The notes below the pieces were generated by a model that did no database searches, was not told the DNA's origin, and was given only the letters and a program-made list of their open reading frames with translations. 64,000 nucleotides of DNA from Gonapodya sp. JEL0774 (Eukaryota), in contig JADIIX010000023.1 in the NCBI GenBank assembly GCA_027604505.1, positions 1 to 64,000 of the forward strand, written 5' to 3'. Position numbers and translations under genes: made by a program. Position 1 is the first letter of the stretch. The number at the start of each line of letters is the position of its first letter. Below, in pieces: positions 11,866 to 23,763 of this stretch.

Positions 11866-13204
11866 CTAAGACAAATTCTCCAGTTCAGCGTCATCATTAC
11901 ATGATTCGTTACTGCTCTCTTCACTTTCTGAAGAGGATTCCTTGATCTCTTCCCCAGGTTCCCCTTCTTCGATATCAGCCCTTCCACGTCTTCTGGAAGA
12001 TCGGCTGACAGAATGCAATTTCCGCTGTGGAATGACGTCAGTAAGTGCTATTTTCCAGTCGTTGGTCTCAACGAATCTGCTGAGAATCTCAAAGACTGAT
12101 AACTCAGCGTCATGAGAATACATCCAGGAACAAACGGAACGACGAGGGCATGACCCACCATGATTGACAGTAAGTACTTTCCTCTGAGTGAGCTTCAGAT
12201 ACTGCCCGATCGGAAGCTGAGCAACGTTTATTCCCTTCTCAATTGCCCGTTGATATGTGAGGCCTTTGTGTCGATTCTTGTCAACTAGACCTCCGATCAC
12301 ATAGATAGCACCCTCTTCAAGCGTAGATATCTCATTAGGCGTGTCGGCGGTGAGATAGACGATCTGGTCTTTTTCCGAAGCAAAGTTTGACAAATAATCA
12401 GTCGACTGAAATTTCATCTGCATCAGGACAAGGTAATGATTGTTGACCTCGTCGCTCACAACAGCACATGAAAACTTCTCACTTCCCACTCTGTGTATTC
12501 GGGTACCTTCTCCTGAAACGTCTGTGTCAGCCTGGCTCCCATACCGGTCACCGAGAGTTTCAATTGGTGTTCCGATCTTCGATTCACCGCGTAGCATTGC
12601 TGTATCTGCCTCTGGAGTGATTTGTAGTCCTTCAAAGTGTTCAAATACAAAGTGTAAGAAGTACGTGACAGAAAGTTTGGTCGAATCTTGATTCTCACAC
12701 CTTGTCCAGTACCATAAACTCTTCGAAATCGCAGTCGATGACAACACGTATATTATGAAAAGTCACGTCGCTCTTCTTGATTTTCTTTTTTGGTTGGAGA
12801 GGAACACCTGTGGAGAGCAGCAAGATATGTTGACACCATTCTTCCAGCTCCAGCTCGAAGTGGTTCAGAACTTCACCTTCCTGCGCCAGTCGTCTCTGCT
12901 TGTTCTTAAACTCGGCCTTCCTTTGCTTTCTCTTTGCTCGCCTCTCGGGTGCGTTCGCCTTCCATCTTTCTTCTTTCAAAAGTCGCTTCTGGGCATTCTT
13001 GGAAAGTTTTGGTTGCTGCGCTGCTTCAGTCTCTGCGGATGCAGAGGACGGGGACACGGGTGGAGTCGGATCTGCATTGTCGACATTTTGCAGCTTTGCA
13101 TCCTGCGTTTGCACTGCGGTCGTCATTCCCTCTGAGATGTCGGTTTGAATTTTGAGAGGGGCTGCCGAATCAGAACCGGCTGGTACTATATCCTGATCCT
13201 CCAT
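11866..13204 (-). CDS. TRM10: tRNA m1G9 methyltransferase Trm10 (start at 13204, or alternatively 13126)
   Basis: LSKNAQKRLLKEERW, VVIDCDFEEFM, SLQRQIQQCYAVNRR, IVYLTADTPNEISTLEEGAIYVIGGLVDKNRHKGLT, LPIGQYLKLTQRKVLTVNH, WKIALTDVIPQRK. Confidence 0.95.
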
Positions 13205-13211
13205 AAAGTAA

Positions 13212-13642
13212 ATGTCAACCCGCCAGTCTCCATCATTTCCGCCCGATTCTCCTGCCATTCAAAAGCTACGATCATTTGTTGGCTTGAAGACACGAGTTAC
13301 AGTCACGGACGGCCGTGTTTTCGAAGGGGTGTTCTCATGCACCGACCGGGATTGCAACGTGATTCTTGCTGGCACAAAGGAGTCCAAAGGAGGTATTGCT
13401 TTATGCATCATTGTTAATCGAAGGAGAGCTTGTCACATTAGTTGGATTTTACAATGTTTTGATTCAAGACCACGAGAGATTCGTCGGGATGATTATGGTG
13501 AGTCTCGGATCGTCAAGTGACTTCTACCACAGCTGGGCATGTGCGGCAGTAATTGAAACTCGAGTACTGAATACAGGTCCCTGGGATCCACCTGGTCAAG
13601 TTTGAAGTTCCACGCAAAGGCGAGAATGACGAGTCAGATTAG
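13212..13642 (+). CDS. NAA38: LSM-domain NatC auxiliary subunit (Mak31/NAA38-like)
   Basis: KLRSFVGLKTRVTVTDGRVFEGVFSCTDRDCNVILAGTKE..|HERFVGMIM|VPGIHLVKFEV; 3 exons. Confidence 0.85.
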
Positions 13643-13758
13643 TCGCCCTGCAGGTGGGTTGTGGGAACTTTGGGGTTCGTTTATTGATGACAAGTGTTGT
13701 ATACGTCTCCAAGTGTAGAATTATAGGCTCACAACTGTCCCGATAACCGAAAACGCAT

Positions 13759-14434
13759 TCATCGTGGACCAGCTGTTACGAGCTCCTTGAGTTTGCTTTC
13801 AATCTCATTCTCAGGAAGACCTTCAACGACCACCTTCTTCTCTATGCCGAAATCTGGAAGTATGGCAACAGGGAGTTCATTGAAGCCCCGTCATAAGGAC
13901 GAAACCCGAGTTGAGATCCAAGCCAGAGTGTCATAGCGTTGAGCAAAGCCCATTTTTATGATAGAGAGATTGTGCAAAAGAGGTGACAGAGCAAGGGAAT
14001 ACAAACCAGAGTGAGCAACATGACATCCAAGGAAAGAGATTTAACGATGCCCACGTACCATATCGTGCGAATAATCTCGCTTCCACTCCCTGCGCCTCCC
14101 GAATAAGAATCGGTAGCTCCGGATTAGCATTCTTTAGTGCGGGGTAGTTTTTCAGGATGAAATTGCTGGTTGTTTCATTGAGATGCATTTTATTGGACGG
14201 GGAGGACAAGGAAAAGAATCACCACCAAAGGCAATAACGTCGAGTACAAAAGTGCAAGGCATGCGGTAAACCGTTGTAGTGTCGGCAGCCACGAAGTTCG
14301 GAGAAGTGGAACAATGAGTAGCAAGAAGACCATCAAATTGGCGATTGCACACACCGTAAACCTGCGCTTCCCGACCCGGACTGGCAGAGATGTACACGGA
14401 GCTCTTGAATTGCAGGGGCGAGTTTTAGTGCCAT
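13759..14434 (-). CDS. NDUFA2: Complex I subunit B8 / NDUFA2
   Basis: MALKLAPAIQELRVHLCQSGSGSAGLR|NFILKNYPALKNANPELPILIREAQGVEARLFARY|DFGIEKKVVVEGLPENEIESKLKEL. Confidence 0.93.
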
Positions 14435-14798
14435 CGATGGGCTTGGGCGGGAAGTGCTTCACGAGTTGGGGATCCTGTTTTGTGTGTTCCAACATGCACA
14501 GCATGCAAGTCACCCAAGCGACTGCCAAGTCAGTGAAGGAGACATTCAGCATAACAAGGAAGTGCATTATCTATATTATTACGCAACCAAGGGCAAACTC
14601 TACGTTCAACCGTTCACAACGGCTCAATTTCTTATATTGAGCTGAGTTAGAACAATAATCTCTATTGCGGTGCCAATAGGATTACTCTATGTGAAACAGA
14701 TTTGCCTCCACTTTCCAGGGTTTTGACGTCAGTTCCAAAATTCCGAATGATGGTTGACGCCCCACTCCACTGATAACCCAGAATTTTGTCACTCAATA

Positions 14799-16832
14799 AT
14801 GCAGTCCTCGACGGGTCAACCTGGTCTTGATCAATTTCTCTTCTCCTCTTTTGTGGACTCTAATGAAGTGGAAACGCCATTGGCTGACGACGGGTTGTCG
14901 TTGACGAGAGGGACCTCACAGAGCACGATGGGTGGCTTCCAGGCAGGCTCCACGGACACTCGACTAGGAGGCTGGAGTCGGAGCCCTGGTATTTTTGATG
15001 GACAATTTGACACCGGAGTGGGATCGGGTTCTTCTGGGGATCTCAGCAGGACTGGGAGTTTTGGAGATGTATTGCTGGGCAATGGAGGACTTTCACAGAT
15101 GTCTCAGGGGCAAACACACATGGATCCGACAGACATGTTTACAGCCGGACGGACTGCGCAGCAGTCGTATCCTTTCCCGGAGCCGACCGTCAGCCAGTAC
15201 CCGCCAAACCCCACTTTCCCGTTTACCAATACCCAAGCTCAATCACAGCAACATGTACGACAGCATTCCAATCAGGGGACATTCGGCGGCCCTTCTGCAA
15301 GGGCGCTTCAAAACTATCAAAATCCGCCACAGGGAAGAAACCCACTTGAAATACTTGGAGCACAAGGAGCATCATCAACTAACACTTCTGACATCCGAAG
15401 AATGGTCACGGGATCAACTTCATCTAGTTTTGCTGCAGTTTCTGGACAATCCCCGACTTCGGTGACTCAGGCGAATAATATTTTCGGCCTTGGCCCGATC
15501 CGGTCCACCTATCAAATCCCTTCTGGAATACCCGCACCATCTTCACAACCCGGGAACTCTACTACTGTAAACTCAGCGTCTTCTGGAGGCTTTGTTGCCC
15601 CCGGTGCCGTGAATTCGCTTTCACCAAACTTTGATGAGACCACGCGAGGTCAGCAACCCTTCACGATTCCTCAACACCAATATAGTGTGCTTCAACCACC
15701 TGCTGCGGGAAATGTTGGCAGCTCCACTGCGTCTGCCTCCACAGGTCAAGCTCCAATGAACTCCAGCGCGGACAAGGAGCGCGTACCGATTTCCAGACAT
15801 ATCAACTCTGTAATCAATCATTTCACTTCCTCTAAAGAGGGTTATCGGCGACTGTTGCAAGAGCTTGACGATTGGCTATTTGTTGTCTCCCCGCAAGGCC
15901 AGTTCCTTTATGCCAGTCCATCCAGCAAAAAGCATGTTGGATACGCACCCGATGATTTGGTTGGAAAGGGTCTGCGAGGTATTCTTCACCCGGAGGACGC
16001 GGATTTTGTTTTTGCAGCGTTGGATTTGGCCGTGTTGGAAAAGAAGGACTATTCTCTGTATTGCCGTTTCATTCGGAAAACAGGGGAACCCATCCTTCTT
16101 GAGTTGAAGGGGAAGCCCTACGACTCGACTTATACACTAATCGCGGGATCATCCACACCTGACGCGAGCAGTGATACAAAGTTTGTCATCAATACTTGCC
16201 GGGAGTACCGTTCTAAAGCGTCGCTCTCAGTGGATTCGATACTTGACCTTTCCATCGAGAACATCAAACTCAGAAGGCAATTGGAGCAATCGCTTATTGC
16301 TCGTGGTCAGGATCCCGCCAGTCATCCACTGCTAAAGGAGCTTGAATCAGAGGCTCCTCAGAATCTGCATCCTAGCGATCTTTTCGACGCCCAAGAAGCG
16401 AAGGAACGTGGAATTCACGGAATGGGCAACTTAGCAACACTGGCTGGCTTTGGAGATGATGAAGATGACGACGAGCCCAAGCCTTTTGGGCCTTCCACGC
16501 CCATTGCAGGTGCGAGCGCCTCGGCGGCCGCTGCTAAAAAGAAAGTGAGTCGCTTCAGATCGATTTCTGGATGAGATCATCTCAATCTCCCTGCTTCAGG
16601 GGAAGGGTGCTGGTGGATTGGAGGAGATCTTTTGTCACCAGTGCGGCACAACGGCAAGTCCAGAATGGCGGCGAGGACCTGATGGCCCAAAGACGTGAGT
16701 CCTCTGTTACGGATTTGTGATTTCCCTTCTTGCAAGTTCTGAAGTATGTATTGAATTTCGAACCATAGACTGTGCAATGCATGTGGTCTAGCGTTCGCGA
16801 AAAAACAAAAGAAGACACAGGGGGTGGAGTAG
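14799..16832 (+). CDS. wc-2: White collar-2-like PAS plus GATA zinc-finger transcription factor
   Basis: PAS: LLQELDDWLFVVSPQGQFLYASPS...GYAPDDLVGK...HPED. WC-2-type coiled segment: SVDSILDLSIENIKLRRQL. GATA finger: CHQCGTTASPEWRRGPDGPKT|LCNACGL. Confidence 0.88.
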
Positions 16833-17072
16833 TCCCGATGGACAATTCCATGCAAGCCAGAGGGGATCTCATCCAGGAGTCAGTTAATTTTGAAACTCCG
16901 TGTTGCGCTCTTTGAAATCCATTTAATCATGTATGTCAATGCCCGTGTTGTGGACACGGAGTTCCACATTTCAATTCTTCATTGGAATCACTTTGAACAA
17001 TGTGTAAAACTAATCGCGACACTACATGCCATGTCCTACACGCTCTGCAAGAAATATTTCATATACCTGCCC

Positions 17073-18568
17073 TTACGCAACGGGGTACTTCGAATCCAAA
17101 TAATGGAAGAGAGACTTTAGCGTGTATCGCACGACCTCGAAATCGGAACAGAAGTACCTTTTTGTAAGACTGTTCCACATCTGTAACGTCATCTGCGCTT
17201 CCAAGCCAAATCGGACTTCTGTCGTGAATGCTCGTTGGAACCAGGTCGAGTACTCTCTTGTCCCCTGTGGTGGCTTTACCGCCCGCCTTCTCTACGACAA
17301 AGGCCATCGGAAAGCACTCGTACAAAACGCGAAGCTTGCCTTTGGCGCTCTTCTTGTCACTCGGGTAACCGAAGATACCGCCATATAGGAGTGTTCGATG
17401 AACGTCGGCGACCATTGAACCAACATACCGCGCAGCATATGGTGACTTTTTCGGATCCTCGGGATACTTCAGCTGGTCGATGTACTTCGAGACGCTCTCG
17501 TGCCAGTATTTCGAGTTGCCTTCATTGACAGAGTAGATTTTGCCTCGGCTGGGGATCTTGATGTCCGGGTGAGAGAGGATAAATTCGCCGATGGACTTTT
17601 AGTGTTGCAGAACAGACGATAGCGGGAATGGTGTAGGTAGTTAGTAGCACCATAGTTCCAATTCGGGATGTGTCAAAGACGGGTTTCAGCTTGGCGGGGA
17701 ACACATCATCTCAGTTTGTTCAGCAGCAAGTTTCACGTACGGGATCGAGAGTGTAGCCGTTCACTCCATTCTTGGTCGCCATCACCAAAACCACAGATGA
17801 GCCATAAACGCAGTAGCCGGCAGCGACCATTTCACTTCCTGGCTTTAAAACACTCTTAACGTCCGCGTCGGCCTCTTCGCTCTATTCAAATGGGGAATGT
17901 CTCTTGAAATCATAAACGAACGAGTCGTTATTCAAGGAGTAATGCACTCTGAACATGAGTTTTCATTTGTTTGGTTTGGTGGCCTCAAGTGAGTGTCCCA
18001 TGGAAATCAGAATGAAATGGTGCGCAATTCCTGCTTACCACGTGGTAGACACCGAAAATCGTTCCAATAGAGACAGCACATTCAATGTTGGATGAACCGT
18101 CAAGAGGATCAAACACAACGGAGTAGTTTCCTCGGCGAGCAGTCTCCACCCTGAAAGCTTCATCATTCTCCTCCGAGACCATGATGTTAACTTTCCCAGA
18201 GTCTTCCAAGGCGTTAATAAAAATCTCATTGGCAAGGACATCGAGTTTCTTCTGAGCCTCGCCTTGAACGTTTTGAGAGCCGGAGGCGGCCAAACCGGTC
18301 CTGGCGACGAAATCAACAACACAGACATACCTCGAGGCACGCACGTTTCTTATGTTCAGCGAAAGATCACTCACAGGTTGACGAGCTTTGCCTTCCGGAC
18401 CGCATTTGCGACGAACTTGCACCCAACCTGAATTGCGACAAGGAGCATTGAAAGATCACCAGTAGAGCCGGGGTGTTTTCGCTGTTCCGCAAGAATATGT
18501 CTCGGAAGGGTCACAATCTCGGTGTTTCCAAAGTTGTCTGTTGTCTGCGACTGTTGTTCAATTGGCAT
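17073..18568 (-). CDS. FBP1: Fructose-1,6-bisphosphatase
   Basis: [68 protein letters not shown]. Confidence 0.98.
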
Positions 18569-19046
18569 TTGAGGAAAAGCAGGAGGAGACGTAGTCAGCA
18601 AGCAGGTTGTAGACGATGCTGATGCCAATGGGTTCTACTCTACACACCATTGTCGGAATCGAGTGTTTTTGGAATGAAAGGCGTGAAACTAAGTTGTGTT
18701 GAAAATCACGTCCGGAAAATTTAACCCGGTTTGACCCGACGAATGGTCATGGGTTCTGCATGACTAAGAAACAAGCGGACCCATGTAATATAGTTTTTTT
18801 CTATTCTGCATCACTTCTCAAATGCAAGTGCAGCTTGTCAGTGGTTGCGAAGCTCATTACACTGCCCGTCGATGCAATTTCAATCATATTTTTTCAGCTG
18901 TGAGAATCGCCGGAGTAGCTGCATCCAATAGTACTACTTAGTATCTCTGGTCGTGCGTGCGTGCTTTGTTCGGAGGGGTGAAGCGGCATGATTGGCTTCT
19001 CAATTGATTTGTGAAGCTTGGCTCCTCACAAACCATCCCATCAGAA

Positions 19047-22000
19047 ATGAAGTTTCACATTGACGACCTACCAGTGTACTTTCCATATGACTACGTATAC
19101 CCGGAACAATATCAATACATGCGGGACCTCAAGAAGGCCCTGGACGCCAAGGTGCGAACTTCGTTGCCGAACGAATCGCTGGTCACACCTACGACCACGC
19201 CTTTCACGCTCTTTAATAGGGCCACTGTCTCCTTGAGATGCCTTCTGGAACTGGCAAGACTATCACACTACTTTCGCTCATAGTCTCTTATCAAATGGTG
19301 CCGTGATTCCCGTAGATGCTCCGAGCGCTGGCATCGGGGTTTGACAGCTTCTGTTATAATGAACGACTAGTTTTATCCAGAAAAGCGGAAGCTAATCTAT
19401 TGTTCTCGGACAGTACCGGAGATTGAAAAGGCACTGGAGGAGCTGAAACGGTTGAGAGAGTACAGATTGAAGCACGGGTTACACGAGGAGTTTCTTGCCC
19501 TTGGTCTTTCCGCCCGCAAGAATCTCTGCGTTCATCCAGAGGTAAGCAGATCTTCGAGCGTAAAGCTAAACGTCTGACTATGGCAACGTTTGTATTTAGG
19601 TTGCAAAGAACAAGCGAGGGAACATGGTTGACGCGAAATGCCGAAATCTGACTGCATCTTGGATACGAGCCAAAGCTGCCAGCGATCCTTCTATAGAGTC
19701 TTGTGACTACTTTGAGGTGAGCGGAGTCATTGCGGTGGCCAATGGGTGCCCTACTTATGCTCTCTCCCATCAAAGGCGCTGGAGAAGGCAGACCAGAGCA
19801 AGTCAATGCCAGGAGGTGTGTACACACTGGAGGATTTGCGAGAGTGGGGCCAGAATAATGGATTGTGTCCATACTTTTTGGCGAGAAGAATGGTCAGTTG
19901 TCCTAATTTCACGAAAGACCATTCTTCACCCTCAGCTTTTCCAAATCACAGATCAATTTTGCGAACGTCGTCATCTACTCCTATCACTATCTTTTGGATC
20001 CCAAAGTTGCAGAGATGGTGTCCAAGGAGATTTCCAAGGATTCCATAGTAGTGTTTGACGAGGCACACAATATCGGTAATTACTGGAGTTTGGCTTTCCG
20101 TGAACCCCATTCGTTGACACGTGTTCGCCCTCTTGAGCACAGACAACGTGTGCATTGAGTCCCTGAGCATTGACATAACGAAACCGATTCTCGAAGCAGG
20201 GACCCGGAGTTTAAACTCATTGGCGACAAAGATCGATGAGTACGCGAAACTGTATTCTTCCAACATATGAGAACACATGTCGCAAACCTCTCAACCCCCG
20301 TACTCTGTCAGAATCAAAGCCACGGACGCCACTCGGCTTCAGAATGAATACTCGCGACTCGTGCAGGGCCTGCGCGAAGCACATCAAAGCCGTGAAACGG
20401 ACGAAGTGCTGGCGAACCCCGTATTGCCAGATCAGATCCTGAATGAGGCAGTGCCGGGCAGCATCCGTCGAGCGGAGCACTTTGTGTCGTTCCTAAAGCG
20501 GTTCATTGAGTACCTCAAGACTCGTGTTCGAGTGCTTCATGTAGTTGTGGAAGGGCCGGTGAGCTTTTTGGCACATTTGAAAGAGACGACGTGTATCGAA
20601 AAGAAGCCGTTGCGGTGAGATTTTCGGGTTCATCCTTCAGTACTCTCCAGTTTATCTCACATCTCTTCCTTCGTCTAAGGTTTTGCGCTGAGCGCCTATC
20701 CTCCCTCATCAAAACTTTGGAGCTGACTGAGCTGGAAGAGCACAACTCTTTAGCAAAGATTGCTTCCTTTGCGACTCTCGTTTCTACCTACACTCAAGGT
20801 GAGGGCGTTATCAGATGTTCGTACAAAAGTGTGACCTCCAAATCTGATGTCATAAGTGTTGAAGGCTTCCAGCTGATCCTGGAACCTTATGAAAACGATA
20901 GCGACAAAATGCCCAATCCCACCCTTCGATTCACCTGCCTGGACGCCAAACTTGCTATCAAACCAGTGTTCGATCGCTTTTCATCTGTTGTCATCACCTC
21001 TGGGACACTGTCCCCCATGGAACTGTATCCCAATCTTCTGGGTTTCCAGCCGGTGATCATGGAATCGTACCAGATGTCCCTCACTCGACAGCAATTCCTG
21101 CCTCTTATTATCACTAGAGGGTCTGATCAAGTAGCCGTGTCTTCGAGATTCGAAGTTCGAAACGATTTGGCGGTCGTGCGTAACTACGGACAGATGCTGA
21201 TAGAGTTCGCCAAATGCGTACCCGACGGACTAGTCGCGTTCTTCCCCTCTTACTTGTTTATGGAGAGTATTGTCGCTGCCTGGAATGAATTGGTAAATCT
21301 CCATCGGTACATTCCCTGCTATCGTACCAGCTGAAGTAGCGTGTTTGCTCAAGGGTATCCTGAATGAAGTTCTCAAGCACAAGCTCATTTTCATTGAGAC
21401 GCCAGAAGCTGCAGAAACGTCACTGGCTCTCGAAAACTACCGCATCGCCTGTGATAATGGCCGGGGAGCTATCATGCTGTCTGTTGCTAGAGGCAAGGTG
21501 TCCGAAGGAATCGATTTCGACCATCAGTACGGACGTGCGGTGATCTTATTCGGAGTTCCTTATCAGGTGTGTCTATAAGTGACTGGCTCCTTTGCGAATA
21601 GGACTTTTCATTCTAGCACTCGGATCACAGTACACTGAGTCTCGTATTCTGAAAGCTCGTCTGGAGTTCCTTCGAGATAACAATCATATCCGAGAAAATG
21701 ATTTTCTCACCTTCGATGCCATGAGACACGCTGCTCAATGCGTGGGGCGTGTTCTTCGAGGAAAAACAGATTATGGATTGATGGTGTTCGCAGATAAGGT
21801 TCGCTTCTTCCACCAGCCATCCAATGTCGAGGTATTGATCCATTTTACCAAACTCAGCGCTTTGTCCGTCCAGATAGACGTAATAAGCTTCCTAAGTGGA
21901 TTAGTCATGGCTTCACAGAGGCCACGGTGAATCTCTCCACAGATATGGCAGTGCAAATGGCAAAGAAGTTCCTCAGGGGAATGAGTCAGCCCATGGAACA

Positions 22001-22286
22001 GAGCCAAGTGGGAGTCAGCTTGTGGACTGTCGAAGTATCTATCGGATTTGATTATTGTTCATGGATGATTCGGTCTGATATAATCAATTCTGTTTTTTGT
22101 TTGCAACAGATGGTCGAGCGCCGAGAAAAGCAATTGAAGCAACAAGCAGCAGAGCAACGCTGTCTTCTGAATGGACACCCTTCTGATGCCGACTCTCATC
22201 AGAATGGCAGTGTGCACACAAATGGAACTTCGAATGGGGGATCAGCGATGGACATCGACTTTGATGAAGTTATGCCTGATTTTTGA
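19047..22286 (+). CDS. RAD3: TFIIH/NER helicase XPD
   Basis: [99 protein letters not shown]. Confidence 0.99.
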
Positions 22287-22487
22287 AATATCTCGACACC
22301 GTAGCAAAGACAAAAGACTGTTATGGAATAATCAACCCAATTGCACATAATTACACAATAAAATTCACGATTCAAGGTGAACAAATCTAACTTTCTCCTC
22401 GTTGTCGGTTCTGTCGCATTTAATAGTTGGTCTTGCACCTGATTTACTTCGTCACTCAACAATTCCTTTGGGGAATTCAGTTACACG

Positions 22488-22832
22488 ATGACCATAAAGG
22501 TCAATCCTGCACACGTAAAGAAGCTCAAAAGTCCACTCAAAATTCGACCTCGGAAAGAGATCGCGGCAACGCCTTGCGCCGTAGAACTGACGACGTTGTT
22601 TAACTGCTGGCGATCCTTCGGCGTGGACACACCAAACTGCCTGATGGCGGCGAAAGGAGTCACAGATTGTGTTGCAAAATCGGTGAGTCCAGTCTGGTTG
22701 ATATTGCTTGAGAGATTGTACGATACTGAAACATTTCCCCGAACTTGAACGACCAAGAGGGCGACAGGGGGAAAGAAGAGCACAGACGAAATCAACTACT
22801 GGCTCAATCAGCTTGGGAGAAAGCAGTACTGA
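22488..22832 (+). CDS. MRP10: Mitochondrial small ribosomal subunit protein mS37 (Mrp10/CHCHD1-like)
   Basis: Twin CX9C-type motif PCAVELTTLFNCW...CLMAAKGVTDC; exon 2 ends EINYWLNQLGRKQY*. Confidence 0.85.
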
Positions 22833-23763
22833 TCATGAAAATGGACTTCATAGTAATTACTCTCACGGACGATACCCATTAGCTACCACGTCACAAGCAT
22901 TGTATGAAAACTCGGCAACGAACACTCTTTTGTGCAGACCTTTGGCATATCTATATTCCACTGTTTTGCTCCTCCTTCCATGTGCATGAACGTTCCTGAA
23001 AGATTCACTGCTGACTTCACATTTGTCAGTGACTTTCTCCTTTATGTTTCCAATTTCATTCCCGAATCCTGAAAGTCAGCTTTCTTAGATGAATCACTGA
23101 CATGTATAAATTGAACCTTCATCAATGCGTCGTTGACAACACCCCGGCCCGCCACACCTCATTCATCCAGAAGGGAAAGTTTCCGAATTCCTGCGAGTGC
23201 TGTGGAGAAGTGCTTTTGTCTCTCTCTCCAATCAAACATCTTACAAACTTGACCATCAAGGAATAAAAAGCGAATGTCAATTTAGAACTATTTGTCACGA
23301 AAATGCGTATGAAGGGGCCTCCCGCAAGGGGATCAGCTCATGTCTAGATGGAGGTGCTCAATCGCACCAAAACAGTCGCAGGCTGCAGGTCTTCGACATT
23401 GTCGGGTCAATCTCAGCGCCAACAAAGCTCCAACCCAACTTTAGTACACCTGCTCTGAAGAATCTCTTTTACATGGTGCAGGTGAGGAATAGGGAAAAGA
23501 GTGGCCAGGAAGAACACAAGTTAGCAAGTGGCATGTAATCAAAGATGCCGAAAGAACGACAAGGGAGGAAGCATTTGTGAATTCCAATTTTGGTAACTGC
23601 TTTATGAGTTCGCCGGGTGTGTATCCCTTTCTGTGAGGACGCGAGCCGGGAAACAATGGCAGAACTCCTCTCAACCCCTGGGTAATTAGTTATTGCAATG
23701 AGAATGTATTCTCTCAACTGTACAAACCGTGAAACCCCCTAAAGACTGAAAGGTGGCCTCGGC

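Noticed and set aside
13890..13905. GTC-ATAAG-GAC-GAAAC resembling hammerhead ribozyme stem II plus GAAA
   Set aside because: The required upstream CUGANGA core is absent.
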